From Thermoproteota archaeon (GTDB lineage Archaea > Korarchaeota > Korarchaeia > Korarchaeales > Korarchaeaceae): a stretch of 64,000 nucleotides of DNA. The notes under the pieces were generated by a model that saw only the letters and a list, made by a program, of their open reading frames with translations, had not been told where the DNA came from and did not search any database. Where the stretch lies: NCBI GenBank assembly GCA_027492205.1, contig JAOZFN010000009.1, positions 97,316-161,315 on the forward strand, read 5' to 3'. Positions 57,937 through 64,000 of this stretch are shown piece by piece (positions within the stretch are counted from its first letter, which is position 1; each line of letters starts with the position of its first letter). The position numbers and the translations under genes were made by a program.

Positions 57937-59749
57937 CGACGCAGCGCGAGGGTGGGCCGGCCGCTACCTGAGGGTCGACCTGACGCGAGGCGAGCACGAG
58001 GTCGTCCCGATACCCCAAGAGGTGCTCACCAGCCTCCTGGGCGGGAAGGGGCTCGGCGCCTACCTCCTCTACAGGGAGGCGCCGAGGGGCGTGGACCCCT
58101 TCGCGCCGGAGAACCCAGTCGTCGTGGCGGCGGGTCCCCTCTCCGGCATATTCCCCGGCTGTGGAAGGTTCGTTGTGGTCACCAAGTCTCCCCTGACGGG
58201 TTACTTCATAGACAGCCACGCCTCCGGCTTCCTCGGTGCGGAACTGAAGTTCGCAGGCTTCGACGCCATAATGGTCGTGGGCAGGGCAGAGAGACCCGTC
58301 TACCTCCTCGTGGAGAGCGGCGAAGTGGAGCTTAGGGACGCGGACTGGATCTGGGGGCTCGACGTCTATCAGGCGCACGACGCGGTCTTCGAGGCCCACT
58401 ACGGCGGCCCCTCTGTGGCGGTGGTGGGGCCGGCGGCCGAAAACCTGGTCAGGTACTCTGTGGTACATGCGGAGAGGCTCCACGCCGCCGGGAGGGGAGG
58501 CACCGGCGCGGTGATGGGATCGAAGAGGCTCAAGGCCATAGCCGTGATGGGGTCCTGGTCGGCGCGCCCGGCCGACCGGGAGAGGGTGCTCGAGATCTAC
58601 CGAGAGATCTGGAGGAGGACCGAGGGCCGGAGAGGACCTCAGAACGACGGAACCACCAGCGCCCTCGTGGCGGCCAACGAGCTGGGCATGCTGCCGACGA
58701 GGAACTTCCAGACGACGAGCTTCGAGCACGCCGAGAACTACGATCCCGCCGCGCTCAGGAGGTACAGGGTCAGGGATCTGGCCTGCTTCGCCTGCCCCAG
58801 GGCCTGCGTGAAGTACCACAGGGTCGACGGCTCCTACTCGGTGATCCAGTACGAGGGCATGGCCATGCTCGGGTCCAACCTCGGGCTGGAGAGGCCGGAA
58901 GACATGATGAGGCTCTACGAGAGGTGCAACAGGCTCGGGCTCGACGTGATAAGCGCGGGGAGCGCGATGGCCCTCGCCGCAGAGTGTGCCGAGAGGGGGG
59001 TACTTAGGGACGAGGAGTTCCGAGACCTGAGGTTCGGAGATGTGGAGGGCTTCCTGAGGCTGGCCGACGCGATAGCTCACAGGAGGGGGGTCGGAGATCT
59101 GCTGGCCGAGGGCGCCGCGAGGGCGGCGAGGAAGCTCGGGGTTCCCGAGCTGGCTGTTCACGTGAAGGGGCTCGACATGCCGGCGTGGGACCCGAGGGGG
59201 AGGATTGGCCTTGGCCTCAGCTACGCCACGGCCGACGTTGGGGCCTCGCACCTTAGGGGGTGGCCCGACGCGAGGGAGAAGCCGGACAGGAGCGCCCTCG
59301 ACACCGTTGGGTCCATGATCAGGAACAGGGATAGGAAGGCCGCGGCGGACAGCCTCGTAATCTGCTCGTTCCTCGACTTGGACGAGCGGGACTACGCCAA
59401 GATGCTCGCGGCGGCGACCGGCATAGGGTACACCCCCGAAGAGGTTCTGAAGGTTGGATGGCGGATCGAGACCCTCGCGAGGCTCTACAACCTGAGGGAG
59501 GGGCTCGACCCCGGGACAGAGGACGTCCTGCCGCCGAGGATGTGGGAGCCCGTCCCCAGCGGTCCATCGCGGGGAAGGAGGGCCTTTATAAGTGAGGATG
59601 ACTTCAGGGCCTCGCTGCTTAGGTTCTACAGACTGAGGGGGTGGGATCCGTCCGGTAGGCCGACCGCGAGGGTTCTGAGGGACCTCGGGCTTCTCGAGAT
59701 CCTGAACGCCGGCGGATCCCCCGGGGCTCAACTGGGCCCGCCACGTTGA
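57926..59749 (+). CDS. AOR family tungstoenzyme
   Basis: KSPLTG, GPAAENLV, GAVMGSKRLKAIA, CFACPRAC, YEG, GLDVIS, HVKGLDMPAWDPR. Confidence 0.93.
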   Translation: MAADDAARGWAGRYLRVDLTRGEHEVVPIPQEVLTSLLGGKGLGAYLLYREAPRGVDPFAPENPVVVAAGPLSGIFPGCGRFVVVTKSPLTGYFIDSHASGFLGAELKFAGFDAIMVVGRAERPVYLLVESGEVELRDADWIWGLDVYQAHDAVFEAHYGGPSVAVVGPAAENLVRYSVVHAERLHAAGRGGTGAVMGSKRLKAIAVMGSWSARPADRERVLEIYREIWRRTEGRRGPQNDGTTSALVAANELGMLPTRNFQTTSFEHAENYDPAALRRYRVRDLACFACPRACVKYHRVDGSYSVIQYEGMAMLGSNLGLERPEDMMRLYERCNRLGLDVISAGSAMALAAECAERGVLRDEEFRDLRFGDVEGFLRLADAIAHRRGVGDLLAEGAARAARKLGVPELAVHVKGLDMPAWDPRGRIGLGLSYATADVGASHLRGWPDAREKPDRSALDTVGSMIRNRDRKAAADSLVICSFLDLDERDYAKMLAAATGIGYTPEEVLKVGWRIETLARLYNLREGLDPGTEDVLPPRMWEPVPSGPSRGRRAFISEDDFRASLLRFYRLRGWDPSGRPTARVLRDLGLLEILNAGGSPGAQLGPPR

Positions 59750-59856
59750 GGCCCGCGTCAGCGCCCGGACATAGAACAAAGATCTAAACTAAGAGTTCCT
59801 AAGCTCCAATATAACCCCACCCCCAGGCCGCCTTGGGGGACCCGAGGGTGGGTAGC

Positions 59857-60615
59857 ATGAGCGACAAGGGGATAGCCCTCTTGGTGATTGGGGCCCTAGT
59901 GATCGGGGCCGTCGGATTCTACTACTTCTACGTGAGGCCAGGGGGGACCCCAAGCCCGACTACCCAGGCCCCCGCCACCACGCAGCCTCCCACGGGCGGG
60001 CCTACTGAGAGCCCAAGTCCGCCAAGGAGCAGGCCGCCGAGGAGCAGGTCCCCCAGGAGCCCTAGGCCCACCCCGCCGTCGACCACAGGAGCCCCGCCCG
60101 GCACGACTCAGCCCCCCGAAACGGGGAGGCCTGACTACGCCTCCCTCTGGAGCGCGATCGCGCCTGGAAGCTGGGCAAGGTACGAGATCACGCTCCCGCA
60201 GGGAGAGGTGTACATGACCGTGACGGTCGAGGGTAGGGAGGTGAGGGGAGGCGCCGAGTGCCTCAGGGTGACCTACGAGTACGAGGGCGCGGGTGGGCAG
60301 CAGGCCGCATCTCCCTCCGTGACGGCCTGGATCAACGTGGCGACGGGCGAGACGGTTGAGGTTCAGATCTGCATCCCGGGAGTCGGGTGTCGGGCCGCCT
60401 CGCCTCAGCAGTACAGTCAGTACGAGTACGTGCCGCCGCAGACGAGTTCCGTCGTGGGGGTGGAGACCGTGACCGTCCCGGCCGGCACCTTCTCGTGCTA
60501 CAAGATCGTATACCAGGGGGCGACCGTCTGGTGGAGCCCCGACGCTCCGCCCCTGGGTGTGGTCAAGGCCGTGTATCCGCAGGGTGAGATGATCCTGGTG
60601 GCCCTGGGGCCCTGA
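59857..60615 (+). CDS. Membrane-anchored hypothetical protein with Pro/Thr/Ser-rich linker
   Basis: N-terminal TM, PTTQ/PPRS linker, ETVTVPAGTF.CYKI beta motif. Confidence 0.7.
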   Translation: MSDKGIALLVIGALVIGAVGFYYFYVRPGGTPSPTTQAPATTQPPTGGPTESPSPPRSRPPRSRSPRSPRPTPPSTTGAPPGTTQPPETGRPDYASLWSAIAPGSWARYEITLPQGEVYMTVTVEGREVRGGAECLRVTYEYEGAGGQQAASPSVTAWINVATGETVEVQICIPGVGCRAASPQQYSQYEYVPPQTSSVVGVETVTVPAGTFSCYKIVYQGATVWWSPDAPPLGVVKAVYPQGEMILVALGP

Positions 60616-60656
60616 CCCTCCCAACATTTTTTCCCTCCGAGGCCGCGACCGGTCCG

Positions 60657-61241
60657 ATGGGAGTCTTAGAGCTGGCAGCTCGTAGGAGATCAGTCAGGAA
60701 GTTCAGAGCCGGTGGGGTGACCCTGAAGGACGTGCTGAGGATCTTGGAGGCGGCGAGACAGGCCCCATCAGGGGCCAACTGGCAGCCCTGGAGGTTCCTC
60801 GTGGTGTCGGATTCGGGCCTGAAGGCCCGGATAAGGGCCGCCGCAGAGGAGGGCGAGAGGAGGTTCTACGAGAGGGTCTCGGGGGAGCTGAGAGAGTGGC
60901 TCCAGGCCAAGGGGTTCTCGCCGGAGAAGCCCTTCCTCGAGGAGGCCCCCTTCCTCGTGCTGGTGTTCTCGCAGGCCAGGGCGCCCTACTCGGTGCAGTC
61001 GACGTGGATCGCTGTTGGGTACGCCCTCCTGGCCGCTGAGGAGCTGGGCCTCGGCACGCTCACCTACACCCCCTCTGATCCGGCCAGGGTGGCCGAGGCG
61101 GTGGGCGCTCCAGAGGGGCTGAGGCTGGAGGTCATTCTCCCGATCGGAATTCCCGCGGACGACAAGCCAAAGGAACCCAGACTCCCGCTCAGCGAATTAT
61201 GTAGGATGAACGGATGGGACAACCCGTGCTGGAGTGGTTGA
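60657..61241 (+). CDS. Nitroreductase-family flavoprotein (iodotyrosine deiodinase-like)
   Basis: RRSVRKF, APSGAN.QPWRF, KPFLEEAP, GLGTLTYTP. Confidence 0.88.
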   Translation: MGVLELAARRRSVRKFRAGGVTLKDVLRILEAARQAPSGANWQPWRFLVVSDSGLKARIRAAAEEGERRFYERVSGELREWLQAKGFSPEKPFLEEAPFLVLVFSQARAPYSVQSTWIAVGYALLAAEELGLGTLTYTPSDPARVAEAVGAPEGLRLEVILPIGIPADDKPKEPRLPLSELCRMNGWDNPCWSG

Positions 61242-61263
61242 CATCCCGCACAGGTCGGCCGAG

Positions 61264-62553
61264 TCAGCTCGGCGAGTAGCCCAGTAGTTCAAGCTCTGAG
61301 ACGCTAGCCCTCGTGGCTATCAGCCTGACGATGGCGTAGGACTTCCTCCTAGACAGCGGAAGCCCGAGGGCCTGGAAGCCGATGAGCCTGTCGGTTCCCT
61401 TCTCGACCAGGGCCAGGGCCCTTCCAGCCGACCTGCGAAGCCACCACGGGAGGGACGGCGGTCCTCTAGAAGGCTTCAGCTCCACGGGCTCGTGGGGAAC
61501 CCCCAGAGCCGACGCCTCAGCCCCAGTCAGTCCCAAGGACGCCAGGTGAATCCCCTTCACGTCTTCCGCCTGCCTCCTGATGAACCCAGCGTACCTAGCC
61601 CTCCCCCCCACGGAGTTTACTCCAGCTATCCTCCCGCCGAGGTAGGCTAGGCTGCCTATGGGCCTGTACGTCCTCTTTCCCGTGACCAAGTCGATGGTCT
61701 CGGCGCAGTCCCCGGCCGCCCAGACCCCCTCCCTCGACGTGGCCATGCGCTCGTCCGTCCGGACGGCACCCCTCACCCCCAGTTCTAGGCCCATCTCCTC
61801 GGCCAGGCGGGAGTTTGGCCTCACTCCCGTGGCGAATATGACTAGATCCGCCTCTACCCTCGCGCCGCCGGCCTCAACTCCCGAGACCCTGCCGTTCTCG
61901 CCGAGTATCCTCTCCACGGCCCTACCCTCGATGACCTTAACCCCGGCGCCCCTGACGATCTGCCCGGCCAAGTCGGAGAGCGGCGGGTCCAAGACGGTCC
62001 ACAGGACGTTCTTCATCTCGACGATCGTCACGTCCGCCCCCCGAGAGTGGGATGCCAGGGCGAGCTTGACGCCAGCGAGGCCGGCGCCGACCACGACCAG
62101 CCTGATCCCGGGGGAGATCTTTGAGGCCAGTCTCCTGGCCTCTCTTATCGTGCGAACCGACATGACTCCGTCAAGCCCTGCTCCCTCCACGGGTGGGACG
62201 AAGGGCTTCCCGCCCGTCGCCAAGACAAGCGAGGAGAACTCGAAGGCAACCTCTCCCCAAGGCCCCCTCGCCCTCGCCCTCGCTCCTTCAGAGTCGACCT
62301 CAAGGACCTTGGCGCGGGTAAACGGCTCTACCCCGAATTCGAGGAGCTTCACGGGGTCGAAGGAGGTTATACTATCTTCACCCAGACTCGGATCTTCGAT
62401 CAGGGCGGTGACCGCGGGCCTCATGTAGTGGGTCGGCTCAGAGGAGACCATGGCGACCCTGGCGTCGGGCGACCTCTCCTTGGCCGAGACGGCCGCGGCA
62501 ACCCCCGCGGGCCCCCCTCCCACGACCAACACGTCGACAGACTCTAGCCTCAA
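61264..62553 (-). CDS. FAD-dependent pyridine nucleotide-disulfide oxidoreductase family
   Basis: GGGPAG, ATG, GAGLAG, ATGVRPN, TS.EGVWAAGDC. Confidence 0.88.
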   Translation of the reverse strand: MRLESVDVLVVGGGPAGVAAAVSAKERSPDARVAMVSSEPTHYMRPAVTALIEDPSLGEDSITSFDPVKLLEFGVEPFTRAKVLEVDSEGARARARGPWGEVAFEFSSLVLATGGKPFVPPVEGAGLDGVMSVRTIREARRLASKISPGIRLVVVGAGLAGVKLALASHSRGADVTIVEMKNVLWTVLDPPLSDLAGQIVRGAGVKVIEGRAVERILGENGRVSGVEAGGARVEADLVIFATGVRPNSRLAEEMGLELGVRGAVRTDERMATSREGVWAAGDCAETIDLVTGKRTYRPIGSLAYLGGRIAGVNSVGGRARYAGFIRRQAEDVKGIHLASLGLTGAEASALGVPHEPVELKPSRGPPSLPWWLRRSAGRALALVEKGTDRLIGFQALGLPLSRRKSYAIVRLIATRASVSELELLGYSPS

Positions 62554-62584
62554 TCCCGCGCGCCTCCTGAGCCGCGAGTTCCTC

Positions 62585-62881
62585 TCAGCCGCCGCCGACC
62601 GGGGGGATCACGTCTATTACCATGCCCCTCCGGAGCTTGACCGCCCGCCACTGGTGGGGCCGGACCAGGTTGCCTTCTATTAGAATCGAGTAGTGGCTCT
62701 TCAGGTTGCCGTCGCCGTCGAATAGGACGGACGCCTTGGCCCCCAGCCTCCCTCTGAGCTCCCTGATGGCATCCGCCAGGGTGTCGCCGGGGACCTCAAC
62801 GTCCAGCTCCCTCGACCCTATCACCTCCCTGGCGGTCAGGTAGAACCTGAACCTGACCCTCGTTCCCTCGCCCGCGGCCAC
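62585..62881 (-). CDS. MoaD/ThiS/SAMP ubiquitin-like sulfur carrier
   Basis: 98 aa beta-grasp pattern ending IPPVGGG. Confidence 0.87.
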   Translation of the reverse strand: MAAGEGTRVRFRFYLTAREVIGSRELDVEVPGDTLADAIRELRGRLGAKASVLFDGDGNLKSHYSILIEGNLVRPHQWRAVKLRRGMVIDVIPPVGGG

Positions 62882-63060
62882 CCGATCACCTCTTCACGCG
62901 CGATATAGGTGGGCCAAATAAGAGTTTCGCGCTCCCGAGGGTTCGATTCTCGACCCCAGGTTCTGGGTGACCGTCCCGGCGGCAGGGAGGTCCCCAAGTC
63001 AATCCGCTCAATGCCCCAGCTGGGTTAGGGTTGCTAAGCCAACGATTTTTACGTTCGCCT

Positions 63061-63585
63061 ATGGGCGGCGGCGGGCGATCCGAATTGGCTGCCCCCAGGA
63101 TGATGCTGGTTGCCGACTTCGAGAGGTGCACCGGGTGCAGGACCTGTGAGCTGGCCTGCGCCCTCTGGCACGAGAGGGAGTTCAACCCTAAGAGGTCGAG
63201 GATAGCGGTCCTCAGGGACCCGGAGAGGGGGGTCAACGTCCCGGTGTTCTGCGTGCAGTGTGAGGACGCGCCGTGCGTCGCCTCCTGTCCAACGGGGGCC
63301 CTGCAGAAGGACAGGGACTCCGGCCTTGTTACGCTGAACTACGACCTGTGCATCGGGTGCAAGACCTGCGTGTCCGTGTGCCCGTTCGGCGGCATAGTGG
63401 TCGACCCCGTGTCGAACAAGGTCATCAAGTGCGACCTCTGCGGAGGAGATCCGCAGTGCGTCAAGTTCTGCCCCGAGGAGGTTCTACACTACGTCCCGGT
63501 CACGGTGGCCAACCTCATGAGGCGCAAGAAGAGCTTGGAGAGGATCCCGAAGCTGCTGGAGCTCGCCCTCCCCAGGGTGGTGTGA
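63061..63585 (+). CDS. 4x[4Fe-4S] electron-transfer (WOR small) subunit
   Basis: CTGCRTCELAC, CVQCEDAPC, CIGCKTCVSVCP, KCDLC; start uncertain. Confidence 0.9.
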   Translation: MGGGGRSELAAPRMMLVADFERCTGCRTCELACALWHEREFNPKRSRIAVLRDPERGVNVPVFCVQCEDAPCVASCPTGALQKDRDSGLVTLNYDLCIGCKTCVSVCPFGGIVVDPVSNKVIKCDLCGGDPQCVKFCPEEVLHYVPVTVANLMRRKKSLERIPKLLELALPRVV

Positions 63586-63586
63586 G

Positions 63587-64000
63587 ATGGAGGAGGTCGG
63601 AGGCTACGCGGGCAGGTACCTGGAGGTCGACCTCACCACGGGGAAGCACAGGGTGAGGGATACTCCCAGGGCGTGGATGAGGGACTACGTCGGGGGCACG
63701 GGGTTCGCCGCCAGGTACCTCTGGGATCACCTCACTCCCGGGATAGATCCACTCGGCCCGGAGAACGTGATATTCTTCGGCACCGGCCCGGTGACCGGCA
63801 CGCTTGGGCACGCGACCGGTCGGCTGGTGGTAGCGTCCAAGGCGCCCCTCACCGGCATATGGGGCGAGTCCCACGTCGGCGGACAGCTGGCCCCCGAGAT
63901 CAAGTACGCCGGCTACGACTTCATCGCCATCACCGGCAGGGCGGAGAAGCCGGTGTATCTGTGGATAGACGACGATCACGTGGAGATCAGGGACGCCAGC
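63587..64000 (+). CDS. AOR/WOR family tungstoenzyme, N-terminal part (runs off window)
   Basis: Manual translation MEEVGGYAGRYLEVDLTTG...YVGGTGF...DPLGPEN...KAPLTGIWGESH.GG...EIKYAGYD. Confidence 0.9.
   Translation, partial: MEEVGGYAGRYLEVDLTTGKHRVRDTPRAWMRDYVGGTGFAARYLWDHLTPGIDPLGPENVIFFGTGPVTGTLGHATGRLVVASKAPLTGIWGESHVGGQLAPEIKYAGYDFIAITGRAEKPVYLWIDDDHVEIRDAS

Noticed and set aside
57752-59779. 675-aa antisense ORF (also 35-1180, 21648-23075, 53996-55312 and many shorter ones)
   Set aside because: Shadow ORFs opposite well-supported genes, expected from high GC3; no motifs
60019-60060. 15-bp tandem repeats
   Set aside because: Simply encode the PPRSR low-complexity linker

Overview
High-GC archaeal chromosomal segment (AGG/ATA codon usage, GGAGG/GGTGA Shine-Dalgarno sites, many GTG/TTG starts, T-tract terminators; probably an anaerobic thermophile - lineage is inference only). 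From left to right: peptide-fermentation genes (iorAB, ADP-forming acyl-CoA synthetase alpha, class III aminotransferase); a large nucleobase-catabolism-like region (carbamate kinase, YgeY-like M20 hydrolase, dihydropyrimidinase-like hydrolase, atypical PreA/DHODH-ferredoxin, SsnA, BMP nucleoside ABC transporter and, 24 kb away, a knotted YgeW-like carbamoyltransferase) in which three tungsten-type aldehyde:ferredoxin oxidoreductase (AOR/WOR) paralogues sit where molybdenum xanthine dehydrogenase would be expected; a cooF-cooS-cooC-hdrA-mvhD-hdrC-hdrB-cooT operon (CO dehydrogenase wired to a heterodisulfide reductase complex, no hydrogenase) preceded by a V4R protein and a frameshifted radical-SAM-like/ModE-HTH fusion; a three-gene SNF2-helicase/DUF1156 methylase/DUF499 ATPase defence island whose methylase is split at a T6 run; and a right end with two more AORs, a SAMP/MoaD protein and housekeeping enzymes. 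No rRNA, tRNA, transposase or cas genes were recognised. Family assignments come from motif reading, not database searches.
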